Of a stretch of DNA of 64,000 nucleotides, positions 21,612-33,500 are shown piece after piece. The translations under genes and the position numbers were made by a program. Positions within the stretch are counted from its first letter, which is position 1. Every line of letters starts with the position of its first letter. The notes beneath the pieces are model-generated. The model saw nothing but the letters and a program-made list of their open reading frames with translations, did not search any database and was not told where the DNA came from. The stretch is from a virus. The stretch is taken from positions 32,001-96,000 of IMG/VR virus record IMGVR_UViG_3300045988_179616. One strand, written 5' to 3'.

Positions 21612-22664
21612 ATGACTATTAAAGAGCTACAAGAAATTGCCCTTCATTGCGCTAAGGGTACTGTTCCTGCCACCTATGCTAATCAGAATGTAGATATGGA
21701 TTCTGCTTTCCTAGATGGTCTAAAGGAGCTAGCTGGTTCCGTAAACCAGTTTATGAAGAATCGTTATGATATTTATGATATCGTAATTAAGACTGCCGAT
21801 GAGGTTATGCCTAAGAAGGTAATTGATGCTATCGGTATGTTCGCTGAGGTTCAGATTGTTCCTCAAAGTCAGAAGGCTATCTTTAAGCGTCGTCTAGGCA
21901 AGATGCGCGCCAAGAAGTTCCTAACTCAGGTTGGTCTATCTGGTGTGTATGAGACCTTCCGTCTAGATAGTGATACCTTTGAGCTAGCTGGCCATGCTGT
22001 CGGTGGAGGTGCCACTATCGACTTTGAGCGTATGCTAGATGGTGCCGAGACCATGGCTGAGGTTATGCAGGTTCTAACTGATGGTCTAACTGATGCCGTA
22101 TTCTATGAGGTCCATAAGGCTCTTCGCGCTGCCGTAAATGCTTCTGCTCGTCCCGATGCTAATAAGGTAGTTTCTAACACCTTTGAGACTGATAAGATGG
22201 TAAAGCTAATCAATACTGTTCGTGCTTATGGTAACGGTGTTGTAATTTTTGCCCCTCCCGAGTTTGTAGGTGCTATGGGTGCTGACGCCATTGTAAATGG
22301 TATTGCTAATAATACTAATGGTATTTATCATCCTCAGGATATTGACTCAATTCATAACACTGGGTATATCAATATTTTCCGTGGAGCCCCTGTTGTTCAG
22401 ATTCCTCAGTCCTTTATTGATGAAACCAATACTAAAACTTGGATTGACCCTCAGCTAGCTTATGTTCTACCCACCGGTGGAGAGAAGGTAGTAAAGGTTG
22501 TTCTAGAAGGCAATACTCAAATCAATGACTTCAAGAATCGTGATAATTCTCTAGAAGTCTATGCTTATAAAAAGATGGGTTGCGCTATTCTAGCTCATCA
22601 TAACTGGGGTATTTATCAGAATACGGGGATTACCCAGACTTTTGAGAATCCTTATAATTTTTAA
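21612..22664 (+). CDS. major capsid protein
   Basis: 350 aa with a strong AAGGAGGG RBS, highly biased codon usage and a very strong terminator at 22716-22752. The call rests on position in the head module. Confidence 0.6.
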   Translation: MTIKELQEIALHCAKGTVPATYANQNVDMDSAFLDGLKELAGSVNQFMKNRYDIYDIVIKTADEVMPKKVIDAIGMFAEVQIVPQSQKAIFKRRLGKMRAKKFLTQVGLSGVYETFRLDSDTFELAGHAVGGGATIDFERMLDGAETMAEVMQVLTDGLTDAVFYEVHKALRAAVNASARPDANKVVSNTFETDKMVKLINTVRAYGNGVVIFAPPEFVGAMGADAIVNGIANNTNGIYHPQDIDSIHNTGYINIFRGAPVVQIPQSFIDETNTKTWIDPQLAYVLPTGGEKVVKVVLEGNTQINDFKNRDNSLEVYAYKKMGCAILAHHNWGIYQNTGITQTFENPYNF

Positions 22665-22715
22665 TAAATAAATAACGTATTTAGAGATACGCTAACCAAA
22701 GATAATTAAATCTCT

Positions 22716-22752
22716 TCGAGGGAGGGACAAACTCCCTCCCTCGATTTATATA
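22716..22752 (+). terminator. strong terminator after the capsid gene
   Basis: 12-bp stem tcgagggaggga-caaac-tccctccctcga followed by tttatat. Confidence 0.8.
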
Positions 22753-22785
22753 TAAAAATTTTTAGGAGTAAAAGGAGTATTTTAA

Positions 22786-23259
22786 ATGGAGAAGATTAGA
22801 GTAGTTAGTAAGCATCAAGGTCCTATCAGCGTGAACATTCCCGACTTGCGTTTCAAGCGCGAGTGGCCCAATAAGGGTGCCAGCATTCCTATCGAAAGAG
22901 AGACTCTGGAAGAAATGATGTATGATAGTGGCTTTAAGTATATGATTGATACTGGGATGCTTTATATTGAAGACTTAGAGGTAAAGAAGGAGCTAGGCCT
23001 TGAACCTGAAGACGCTACCGAACCTGTTAATATTATTGTTTTGAGCGATAATGATATGAAGCGAATGATGACTGCCATGCCACAGTTTGAGTTTGATGCT
23101 AAGCTAAAGACCTTGAACTATGAGCAGATGTTAGCGTTGGCTGATTTTGCTATCAAAAATGAACTAGGAGATTTCGGTAAGTGTGATGCTATAAAAAAGG
23201 CTTGTGGGAAAGATATTCTAACTGCTATTAAGTTGAATAGAGAGGATAAGGAGGGCTAA
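22786..23259 (+). CDS. head-tail joining region protein (157 aa)
   Basis: ORF with an AGGAG RBS, located after the capsid terminator. Confidence 0.4.
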   Translation: MEKIRVVSKHQGPISVNIPDLRFKREWPNKGASIPIERETLEEMMYDSGFKYMIDTGMLYIEDLEVKKELGLEPEDATEPVNIIVLSDNDMKRMMTAMPQFEFDAKLKTLNYEQMLALADFAIKNELGDFGKCDAIKKACGKDILTAIKLNREDKEG

Positions 23260-23261
23260 TA

Positions 23262-23702
23262 ATGGGAACCCCCTTAGAGAAAGTTTATTCTGCCTTCCTG
23301 TCTAAGATGCTCGAAGATGAATGGCTGAACTGGACACAGGAAGAAGTAGAAGAGGACTTATTAACTATCTTAGACGGCGCGCTACCTTGGTTCAAGTTCC
23401 CGCGCAAGTCTCTTGAACATGACGAACAATGCTTTTTTGAAGAATTAGATAATGAAGAAATCCAAATTATTGCCTGCTATATGAAATGTGAGTGGTTGAA
23501 TCGAACCATTCTAACTTGGGAAAATGTAAAGCCTTTATATGAGGAAAGGGATTTTTCTCAGGCTAATCTTATTGGTAAATTTACTGAACTTCTAAGAAAG
23601 GAAGAGGAAAAAGTCCATCGTCTAGAAGGAGTTTACTATCGCGCGCCAAAGCGCAAGCCATTTTCATATAGACTACTTGCGGAGCAGTATCAGGATGTCT
23701 GA
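23262..23702 (+). CDS. head-tail connector/adaptor candidate (146 aa)
   Basis: Tightly packed ORF. The call rests on position only. Confidence 0.35.
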   Translation: MGTPLEKVYSAFLSKMLEDEWLNWTQEEVEEDLLTILDGALPWFKFPRKSLEHDEQCFFEELDNEEIQIIACYMKCEWLNRTILTWENVKPLYEERDFSQANLIGKFTELLRKEEEKVHRLEGVYYRAPKRKPFSYRLLAEQYQDV

Positions 23703-23961
23703 TTTTACTGAAGGATATAGTAATAAATTGAAAAATAAACTTTTTGGACTTTTGTGTGAGTTTGAAAAGAAAGGTGAATGGGAGAAGTTTTTGGATAGTA
23801 TTCTAACAGAATTATTAGGAATTCCAGAAGCTTCTCGAACTATCAATTACTATATTCTGTATTATAAGATTTCTTCATTACGTTATCTCAGATATGATTA
23901 TTTTCGTAGTACGGTTTTTAGCTGTATGACGTTATTGGGAAAATCAGATGAGTTATTTTGA
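23695..23961 (+). CDS. hypothetical structural-module protein (88 aa; track start 23677)
   Basis: An internal ATG overlaps the upstream stop (ATGTCTGA). Confidence 0.4.
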   Translation: MSDFTEGYSNKLKNKLFGLLCEFEKKGEWEKFLDSILTELLGIPEASRTINYYILYYKISSLRYLRYDYFRSTVFSCMTLLGKSDELF

Positions 23962-24685
23962 TATATATGAAAAGCGCTTAAATAGATACGGACTAGATTA
24001 CCAATCTCGTATCCAAGGTAAGCGCGAGCAGAATTTTGACCTTTATCTTCAAAAAAGTATTTATCGAGTAGATTTTGAGTATAATGATGAGTATATAAGT
24101 GGAAGTTTTGAACGATACAAACAGGACGACAGCAAAACTCTTCATTATTTACTCGTAAAAATTGATGTTGAGTTCGCGCCAGGTACAATTTTGATGATAC
24201 CGGATAAAAATGATGAACTCAAGCCTTGGATGGTTTATTATCTTGAGGAAATAAAGGCTAGTGGTTATAATCGCTATGTAATGCTTCGTATGACGCATTA
24301 TCTAATTTGGCATTCTCGTGATGGTTCTGAGCAAGAAAGTTGGGCATATATGTATGGTCAAGAAAACAATATGCTTAGAGATGAAATCAGATCTCGAAGT
24401 CGTATGGATACTGTTTACGCCGAGAATCTCAAAGAAAGTTTCTTTGTTATGCCTTTGACACAATATCTAAAAAAAGATGATTACTTTATTATAGGTGAAG
24501 AACCATATCGAGAGTTCTATCGAGTAACTGGTTATGATATACAATCTTCACCTGGCGTAGAATATGTAACTGTTGATCCGATTTATGAGTTTGATTTGAC
24601 GCCTCCTCCTCAAAAGGAGGAAAGCGATAATGAAGAAGATTACTTCTGGCTACAAGGAGGAAGTGCTGATGGTAAGAAACCTTGA
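23948..24685 (+). CDS. hypothetical structural-module protein (245 aa)
   Basis: ORF in the head-tail region. Confidence 0.45.
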   Translation: MSYFDIYEKRLNRYGLDYQSRIQGKREQNFDLYLQKSIYRVDFEYNDEYISGSFERYKQDDSKTLHYLLVKIDVEFAPGTILMIPDKNDELKPWMVYYLEEIKASGYNRYVMLRMTHYLIWHSRDGSEQESWAYMYGQENNMLRDEIRSRSRMDTVYAENLKESFFVMPLTQYLKKDDYFIIGEEPYREFYRVTGYDIQSSPGVEYVTVDPIYEFDLTPPPQKEESDNEEDYFWLQGGSADGKKP

Positions 24686-25157
24686 AGAGCTAGGACCTTT
24701 TCTTCAGAAAATAATGGTTAGATTAACAACTAACCAAAATTTACTAAAGTTGTTGTACTATAGTGATAAAGCTCCTTTGGAAAAAAAAGACCTTACACAA
24801 GACCAAATTATAAATGAAGTTTTTGATAAACTTATAAAAATAGTCCCTAGAATGGGCCCGAAGGAAGATGCAAAGAGTCTTATTTCATTACGAGTCGTTG
24901 GTGGCGCGCGTCTTTCTTCTAATATTGAATTTCAAAGAATAGTTTTAGCTATTGAAATTTTTGTTCCTTTGACTCAATGGAAAATAAAGGGAACAAATCT
25001 TCGTCCTTTTAGTATAATGGGTGAAATTCAAAAAAGTCTAAATGGAAAAGTCATTGATGGAATGGGCAAGCTTCAGGGAGGAGATTTTGAAATAAACTTT
25101 CTAACTGATGAAATGTCTTGTTATGAAATGACTTTTGACTTGACCGCTTATGATTGA
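24669..25157 (+). CDS. hypothetical structural-module protein (162 aa; track start 24630)
   Basis: The ATG at 24669 is preceded by GGAGGA. Confidence 0.4.
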   Translation: MVRNLEELGPFLQKIMVRLTTNQNLLKLLYYSDKAPLEKKDLTQDQIINEVFDKLIKIVPRMGPKEDAKSLISLRVVGGARLSSNIEFQRIVLAIEIFVPLTQWKIKGTNLRPFSIMGEIQKSLNGKVIDGMGKLQGGDFEINFLTDEMSCYEMTFDLTAYD

Positions 25158-25893
25158 TTGCCATTTTGTGATAAATGAACCAGCGAATTTCCAAAAGATT
25201 TGTAAAGTCTATTCTCCTACTATTCGCCAGGTTATTACAGAAGAGAACTTTTTAGTTTATCGAAAACTTTTGACCCTATCCCAAGAAGAAATTGAAGATG
25301 AGTACATGGAAAAAGAAATGGAATTATCAAATGTTCTAACTCCATTAGAGTATCTTTTGAATTCTTCTTTTAATAATAAACAAGTAGAGGCCCTTTCTAT
25401 TAAAGCTTTTGAGTTTTTTATTCACGAACCAGTTTCTTTCATTTATGAAGAAAAAAAGATTTTAGTTGGAGATTTGAAAAAAGTCTTAGAGAGCGCGCAG
25501 TCATTAGACGATTTGCGCTTTTTGACCAGTGAAAATTTTTTTGACTTTCAAAATCTTATCAGAAATAGCGTAGGAGAAGACAGTATTGAGCCTCCCAATC
25601 CTAATGAACATCCAAAGATCAAAAAAATGAAGGCAAAGGCGCGGTATCGTGATAAAGTAAAAGCGAAAAAGGAAGGACTAACACTTGATACTTTACTCAT
25701 TTCAATTTGTTGTATGGGTATTGGAATTACTCCACTTACAGTTGGAGAGTTGAGTTATGCTACTTTTTCCAAGTTGATAGGTGTATATCAAGAAAAGGAA
25801 AAATATGAAGTTGATATAAGAAGCTTATTAGCTGGAGCGAGTAGTAAAGATGTAAAACCAAAATATTGGATACATAATTCTGATAAAAAATAG
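25150..25893 (+). CDS. hypothetical tail-module protein (247 aa)
   Basis: ORF overlapping the upstream stop. Confidence 0.4.
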   Translation: MIDCHFVINEPANFQKICKVYSPTIRQVITEENFLVYRKLLTLSQEEIEDEYMEKEMELSNVLTPLEYLLNSSFNNKQVEALSIKAFEFFIHEPVSFIYEEKKILVGDLKKVLESAQSLDDLRFLTSENFFDFQNLIRNSVGEDSIEPPNPNEHPKIKKMKAKARYRDKVKAKKEGLTLDTLLISICCMGIGITPLTVGELSYATFSKLIGVYQEKEKYEVDIRSLLAGASSKDVKPKYWIHNSDKK

Positions 25894-25907
25894 GAGGAAA
25901 TACGGTA

Positions 25908-26684
25908 ATGGCAATAAATATTCTAGACCGTTATGGTATCAAGGAAGTTTGCGACTTTACCTTTTATCAAATTGATAAGGATGAAAGTGGTAACACTACG
26001 CCTGGTGCCCCAGTCTTATATCTTGATACACTAAAAGTTTCTACTACCGAGCAGACTGCTGAAAATACTTCTGCCCGTGGAGGAAAGGGAAATCCAGAAC
26101 TTATTACTTGGGACTATGGTAAGGAAATCAATGTAACTCTAGAAGATGCTTTATTCTCCGCCAAGTCTATGGCTATCATGTTTGGTTCTGTAAATTCTAC
26201 TGGAGAGGCTGATGTTGATACTACTAATGCGACTATTTGGCGTACAGTTTCTAAGGCTAATGTACTAGCTGCTGAAGCGGCTGCTTGTAATGTTGAAATT
26301 CGTGGCTCCAAGTATGCTCTATCTGATGTAAAGTATTATAAGGCAGATGGCACAGTTGCTACTGCAAGTGGCAGCGCACCTACTGACTATGCTTATGCTG
26401 TTGGTAAGATGAATGTGAAAGAGTCTGCTACTATTGATATTAGTCCGGAAACCTTCCCTGGTACTTATTATTGTACTGGTGACACTTATGCTCGTCGTGA
26501 AGATAATGGAGAGGATGAGTTCTTCCAGTTGGTAATTCCTAAAGCAAAGATAACTTCTGAAAATACTCTAACTATGGAAGCTGAGGGTGACCCCTCTACT
26601 TTCAACATGAATCTAAAGGTCCTACGTCCTGCAAATGGTCCTATGATGAAGCTTATCAAGTATTCTTTGACCACTAGCAAATAA
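25908..26684 (+). CDS. major tail (tube) protein candidate
   Basis: 258 aa with an AGGAGG RBS, capsid-like CTA-rich codon bias and a strong terminator at 26699-26735. Confidence 0.5.
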   Translation: MAINILDRYGIKEVCDFTFYQIDKDESGNTTPGAPVLYLDTLKVSTTEQTAENTSARGGKGNPELITWDYGKEINVTLEDALFSAKSMAIMFGSVNSTGEADVDTTNATIWRTVSKANVLAAEAAACNVEIRGSKYALSDVKYYKADGTVATASGSAPTDYAYAVGKMNVKESATIDISPETFPGTYYCTGDTYARREDNGEDEFFQLVIPKAKITSENTLTMEAEGDPSTFNMNLKVLRPANGPMMKLIKYSLTTSK

Positions 26685-26698
26685 TTAAATAAAACTGA

Positions 26699-26735
26699 AA
26701 CGGAGGAGGGAGGACCTTCTCCGTTTTCTTTTTTA
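26699..26735 (+). terminator. terminator after the tail tube gene
   Basis: Hairpin aacggaggagg-gagga-ccttctccgtt followed by ttctttttt. Confidence 0.75.
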
Positions 26736-26744
26736 GGAGGAAAT

Positions 26745-27524
26745 ATGAACGAGTTTTCTTTCAAAGAATTGGAACAGTGTTATCTAAAAGCTACTTATCC
26801 AATAGAGATTGGGAATAGAATCATTGAAGCAAAAGAAATCCTTGCAAAATTTGATAAAATTCAAATTGCTGGTCTTGATGAAATCAAACGATGGGTCAGC
26901 GCTAATGGCGGATTTGATAACCGCCCCCATATCTTTTGGGAAACCACGAAAGAAATTGACCTAAGTTTTTCTCAAGGTGTATTCTCAAAAGACCAGTTCG
27001 CGCTTATGACGAATTCTAAACTTTTTGAAATTGAGGAAGAAAAACCAGTTTTGGTAACTAAAATGGAAACTTTGGAAAGTGATGAAGAGAACAAAATTCA
27101 CTTGAAAGAAATTCCGGTAGATTTATTTATCTATGAAAAAGAAACTGGAAAGAAAATTTTACCTCTATCCAAAGAAGAAAAAGTTATAGAAATTAGTGAG
27201 CCTTATAAAGAAGTTGTGGTATCTTACACTTATAATTACTTGGGAGGCGCGAAGGTCGTAAAGGTTGGTAATAGGCTTTTCAATGGTTTTGTTGAATTAG
27301 AAGGAAGAACAAGAGTAAAGGATGATACTACTGGTCAGGTAGTTACGGGGCTTATAAAAATCCCAAAGCTAAAATTGATGACTGGCTTATCTATAAGGCT
27401 GGGCGCGCAAGCTACACCTGTCGTAGCCAATTTCAAAGGAGTTGGCGTTCCAGTGGGGTCAAGAGGAAATTCATATGTTAGTGAGTTTTACTTTTTGAAC
27501 AATGATATAGATAGTGATTTCTAA
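26745..27524 (+). CDS. tail protein or assembly-chaperone candidate (259 aa)
   Basis: It lies between the tube candidate and the tape measure gene, and is followed by a terminator at 27531-27566. Confidence 0.35.
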   Translation: MNEFSFKELEQCYLKATYPIEIGNRIIEAKEILAKFDKIQIAGLDEIKRWVSANGGFDNRPHIFWETTKEIDLSFSQGVFSKDQFALMTNSKLFEIEEEKPVLVTKMETLESDEENKIHLKEIPVDLFIYEKETGKKILPLSKEEKVIEISEPYKEVVVSYTYNYLGGAKVVKVGNRLFNGFVELEGRTRVKDDTTGQVVTGLIKIPKLKLMTGLSIRLGAQATPVVANFKGVGVPVGSRGNSYVSEFYFLNNDIDSDF

Positions 27525-27530
27525 TTGTAG

Positions 27531-27566
27531 TCAGCATTAGTTTTTAGCTAATGCTGATTATTTTTT
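27531..27566 (+). terminator. terminator or attenuator before the tape measure gene
   Basis: Hairpin tcagcattag-tttttag-ctaatgctga followed by ttatttttt. Confidence 0.7.
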
Positions 27567-27579
27567 AGGAGGAAAAGGA

Positions 27580-30500
27580 ATGGCGGATAAGAAAATTAGA
27601 ATATCTCTTGATATTAATGCTGAGCTTGGAAATGTCCAATCAAAAGTATCTCAGTTGCAACAGCAATTAAATAAAATACAATTGACTGGACTAAGCGGAC
27701 AAGCTTTGATTTCAGATTTTAATAATGTACAAAATAGAATAAAAAAACTTCAAGAATTATCTGAGAAGCCGCTAACTGTAAAATCCGATTTTACTAAAAT
27801 AGAAAAAGAGGCTTCTTCAATTCAAGTAGCTGTAGAAAAACTTTTTAGAGAAATTGAACAATTACAAACTAGTTCAAATAAAAAGAAGCTAGAGCTTTTG
27901 CCTAATAGTCAAAAACAGAAAATAGATAAAGCAAATTCAGCTTTAGGCGCTTATGAAAAAACTATCGGAAAGACAATTAGCAAAACAAAAGAACTTAAGA
28001 AAGCTGAAAAAGATTTGTCTAGTATTCAAACACAATTATCCAAAGAGCAAAAAAAGACTATAGTTTCTCAATCAGATATAGAAATTAAATCAACTAACCT
28101 AGAAAATGTAAGAAGGCAACTAAAAGAAGCTAGGAGATTGAAACAGGCAACTGCTGAAGTCTACGAAAAAAATAGATGGTCAACAGAGGTTACTGGTAGA
28201 AAATATCAAAGCTCTACTAAAGTAGACGTCAATGGGCAAAAAGTTGCTCTAAAAGATATTACAGAAAAAGTAATTAGACTCAAAGAGGAAGAAACAAAAC
28301 TAATAAGTGATCTAAACAATCTAACAACTCAAGAAAAATTAGATGCAATCAACCAAAAATTAAAAGCTCAAAATGAAATTATTGAAGCTTTAAGTATTCA
28401 ATGGAAAGGATTGGATCTAGCAGAAAAGAGTAAAGCTTTTGAAACTTTAAAAGAAACAGCTCAACAATTAGGAGTTAGCTTAGAAGGGATTGCAAACATT
28501 GAGGACGTAGGGACACTTATAAATCGTCTTCAGCAACTAGAAAAAAATGGAGTTAATGCTGTTGATATCGCTTTACAGCAACTAAAAACTGAAATTAAAA
28601 GTACAGAGCCGCCTCTTGAACAGATTTCTGATAAAGTTAGTCAAGTTGGAAATGAATTCAATTTGGCTTCCCAAAGAGCTCAAGAATTTGCTAATCTTAA
28701 ATCTCAAGTCCTAAGCTTCTTTACAATTACTGGCGCAATTCAACTTTTCCGACGCGCAATTGACAGCGCTTTTGAAACTGTAAAAGAACTAGACGAAGCA
28801 ATGACTGAAATTGCCGTTGTTTCTGATTTCTCAGTTGGAGATATGTGGAAGCAGCTGCCTCGATTCACCGAGCAAGCTAACCAATTAGGAAAATCTATTA
28901 GAGATGTCTATGGTGCGACTACTCTTTATGTCCAACAGGGTCTAGACCTCGATAATTCACTAAAACTGGCCAATGAAACTCTAAAGATGGCCGCCGTAGC
29001 TGGAATGGATGCTGCGGACGCTACCGATGCTATGACGAGCGCACTTCGTGGTTTCAATATGGAATTAAGTGAAACATCTGCTCAAAAGGTCAACGATGTT
29101 TATTCTGAGTTGGCTGCGATTTCGGCTGCCGACACTCAAGAAATTTCTACTGCTATGAGTAAGGTAGCATCTTTGGCTCATAACGTCAATATGGAGTTCG
29201 AAACAACCGCTTCATTCCTAACTCAAGGTATTGAAGCTACTCGCGAAGCTCCTGAGACAATTGGTACAGCCCTCAAAACTATCATCGCCAGATTTGCTGA
29301 AGTAAAATCCCTTTATACGAAAGGCCAATTAAGTGGAACAGATGAAGAGGGTGAAACGGTTGATGTAAATAAAGTTCAAACAGCTCTTCGTTCTGCTGGT
29401 ATTTCAATGAATGCCTTCCTAAAAGGCGAAGAGGGTCTTGACCAAGTTTTACTAAGACTGTCTAGTCGTTGGAATGACTTAGATGTTCTTACCCAGCGCT
29501 ATATAGCGACGATGGCATCTGGTAGCCGTCAGCAATCTCGTTTTATTGCTATGATGGACAACTATGCAAAGACAACGGAGTTTGTCAATTCTGCATATAA
29601 TAGTGCTGGTTCTGGTCAACGTCAGTTTGAAAAGACTCTAGAAAGCTTACAGGCTAAACTAACTAAGTTGAAAAATGCTTGGGATGAGTTTGCTATGGGT
29701 CTCACTAATAATGTAATTATCAAGGGTGCAGTTGATACTTTGACAGTTTTATTAACTGCTGTAAATAAGTTGATTGATGGCTTATCTGGTGGTCATGGAC
29801 TCATCAAAAGTGTTATGACACTCGGAGCTGTATGGGGCGGACTCAAGCTTGGTGGAAACTTGGTTGATAAAGCCTTAGCGTCTAATTGGGTTCAGAATAA
29901 GATAAAGCTATCAAAAGGTGACCCAGAGACAGTTGCCAATGTTCGAGGGACCAATGCAGAGAGAACTTCTTATTTCCAAAAGGGAGTAAATATGGCAAAG
30001 GAGTTCCAGAAAGGCTTCAAGTCTTTTAAAGCCTTTAATGGAAAAGGTGGCTTCTTTTTGGAAAATGTCCTTGGAATAGATACTAAAAAAAATCAAATAA
30101 GAAAAGATTTGGCCAAAAATGCAGAAGATATAAAACAAGACATAGCAGCAAGTCAAGAAGATTATACTATGGGATATATGGCAGTTTCAGAAGACCTTGA
30201 TGCTCAATTGGCGGGATTAGATAAAAAATATAAAAAAAATATTATATCTGTTGAAGAATATATAAATAGTTTAATCTCTTTAGGAGCCTCTCAAGAAACT
30301 GCCGAAGTTCGAATAGAGTCTTTTAATGAAGAACAGAAAAAAGTTCAGTTAAATGCTGAAAAACTTGGAACTACAGTAACCGCAGTAGGTGGAGCTTTTA
30401 TGGCACTTGCTGGTATTTTCTCAATGTTTGGAGACGAAGGAGAAAAAGTAGCTTCAACACTCGCAACAATTGGCGGAGTTTTAGTAGGAATTGGACAAAT

Positions 30501-33500
30501 TATTCCAGTAATAAGCAAAGCTTATCTATCTTTGAAGGCAACTAATCCTGAACTTCTTGCTATTTCCGCTGCATTAGCTGTTATTGCTGGATTAGTGGCA
30601 GCAACACTAATCTCTATGAAAAATAATAGCCCCAAAGCTCAACTTGAAAAAGCCTCTAAAGCAACTGAAAAAGCAAAAGAGATGGCAGAAGGGGCATCTC
30701 AGGCTTATGACGAATTACTGAGTAAAAAATCTGAATTCGATAAGCTTACTACTTCTCTCGAAACCCTAACCCAAGGAACATTTGAATGGCGCAAAGCTCT
30801 GGCTGAAGCGAATAATGAAGTTATTAACCTCCAAAAGGAATTTCCTGAGTTAGAAGTATCGGTAGATAAGGCGACTGGACAATTGAAAATTGATAATTGG
30901 GGAGATGTTCTAAAGGCTCAAGCGGAAAGAATTGAAGCAACTAATAAACAATTGGCTATGGCACAAGTCAATGAGAATAATAAGCAATTAGAAGTAACTA
31001 GGGCAGATATCTCAAGTGATAATGAACTAACTCCTAATGAAAAAGCAAATAAAAAAGAGGTAGAAAAACTAAAGACAGAAAGTACTAATGTTGCTTTGAT
31101 TAGTAGTCTAATTAGTAAATATCAGACCAAGGCTAACGAAGCTGTTTTACAAAATTTGGCAGAAACAATCTTTAAAGATATAACTTATGAAGTTGAAGTT
31201 AAAGATGTGGCAGGTAATGGAAATAATAGACATAGAACAAATACTACACATAAAGAAACAAAAATTTCGAATATCTATGATAGTAAGATCAATGCTGAAG
31301 CCAATAAAGCAGTTAATTCTCTTTCAACCTCTCGAAGAAAAACAAAAGCAGAAGAAATTTTTGGAAAAGATGCTGTAGCAAATATGAAAGATGAAGAAAT
31401 CAAAGAAGCTCTAAGAAACTACGAAAAAGGCGTAGCAATAGAGAATATAACTAAACAGATAGCTAGTCTTACTCCTGACCAACAAGAACTTTTAAAAAGA
31501 ATTCAAGGAACTTATACTGGCACCAAGAGTGGTTGGAATACTGCCAAAGAAAAAATTTTTAGTGATGAAGATGCTAATGTTATAAAAGATATTTTAGGAT
31601 TAAATAATATTCAAACTGTTTTTGATATGGCCGAAAGTGGAACAGAAGCCATTTCTACGAATATTGACAATATTGAATCTCAATTTGAAGATTTTGGTGA
31701 AAAATATACTGGTTCTTTCTTAGACCAATTTTCAGCAGATAATCTTTCAAATATTGCTTCTCAGGTTAAAGAGATGTCAACAGAGAGTGCAAAAGCTTAT
31801 CTTGATGCTTATAGTGAGGCTTTGAATGGCGTAGAAAAAGAAGATAGAACACGCTTGGATAACTACCTCTCCTCAATCGACCTATCAGATGCCGTCCAAG
31901 TCCTCGATGCAAAAGAATTCATGAAGAACCTAGGAATGGACGAGACACAAATTGCGAAGTTTTGGGCCACTGCCAATGCCGCTGTTGAACCTTATATTAC
32001 CAGTTTAGAACAAGTACAATCTTTGAATGAGAGAATTTCTAAGCTTGGTGAAGTCCGGAATCTGGTTGAGAATGGAGAGAAAACTTTTAGCTCTAGTAAT
32101 AAAGAAAGCCTAGTAAGTGCTGGCTTTGCAGATAGTGACTTCTTACAGACTGGGATTGATGAATGGACTTATATTGGAAAAGATAGCAATGATTTACTAA
32201 GACAGATAAATGAGAAAGTTGCACAGATTGGAGAACATATTGTTGTAAATCTACAAGATAGTGGTGAGAAGGGGAAAGAATACGGTACAATAATTGAAAA
32301 TAATGACAAATTAGGGAAGAGCCTTGCTACCCTTGCTGAAAACGGGTATGAAGGAACAAGTTTCGAGTCTGCCGAACTGAAAGAAATGGCCGAAACTTTA
32401 GGAATTGCAGTAGAGAATTTATCAGATGAAGGTATTGCAAAAAAACTCATTGATGCCTATAATATGTATAAAAATTTGGGAGAGAATGAAGAAGCAGTAA
32501 GAAAAGAACTTGTTAATAATGCCTCAAGACAATATGATTTAACAGGAAATTTTGGAACTTTCACTGGAAGTATAACTGAAGATGAACAAATAACAATAAT
32601 GACTGCTCAATTGAATAAATATAATGGGGCAATGGAATATTATGAAAAGTTAAAAGCAGAAGCTGGAGTTGACAGTGATAAGTTCAATCTGAAATTAGCA
32701 AACGAAGCTGTTCAACTTTTTAAATTGCAAAATCAATACAAAAAAACTGCTGAAAGTATTGATGATTATAAAGACGCCTTACTTCAAGGTAAGAGTGCTG
32801 GCACTGACTACTATAATGCTTTAGCTACAACTAAAACAGACTTGAGCACCTTATTTAATGTTGATAAGGGACTAATTACTGATAATTTTATTCAACAGTA
32901 TACTCAAGATATTTATAATTTGGCTGAAGGCGGAGAAGTCGGCACACAAGCTTTTAATCACTTGAGAGATGCCTTATTGAATATTCAAAAAACGGAATTA
33001 TCACAAACACTTTCACAATATGGTCTTGAAATAACAGATTATTCTAATTGGATTGAGAATTTAGATCCAACTCTAACAGTTCAAACTGATGACACCCAAC
33101 TTAAAGGACTTTTGCAAAATGTCGTTATTGCTGCTCAGGCAGTTGGGAAAAACGCAGAAGAAGCCTTAAAACCAGTCGTAAAATATCTTGAAGCAATAAC
33201 TGGAACACATATTGAATTCCAATGGGAATATGAGTATTCAGGAGCTTTTAAAAGTGAGGATGCTGCCTTACATGCTGGTTGGGAAAAAGTCGGTGGAGGA
33301 ATTTATAGACATCCAAAAGCTCTAAAAACTGTCTCCATTAGTGGAGGAAATGGTGGAGGGTTGTATAATAGAGCTTTTACTGCTCCAATTTTAGGTAATA
33401 ATGGTGGTTCTACTGGAGGCTCTTCATCAGAAAAGAAAGAATCTACATGGGAAAACCCCTATGACAAACTTTACAATCTAACCGAAGAAATAAATGAAGC

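Noticed and set aside
26684-27580. Canonical -1 frameshifted tail chaperone pair (G/GT) upstream of the tape measure gene.
   Set aside because: A single 259-aa ORF fills the interval, followed by a terminator. I could find no overlapping -1 frame extension or slippery heptamer.
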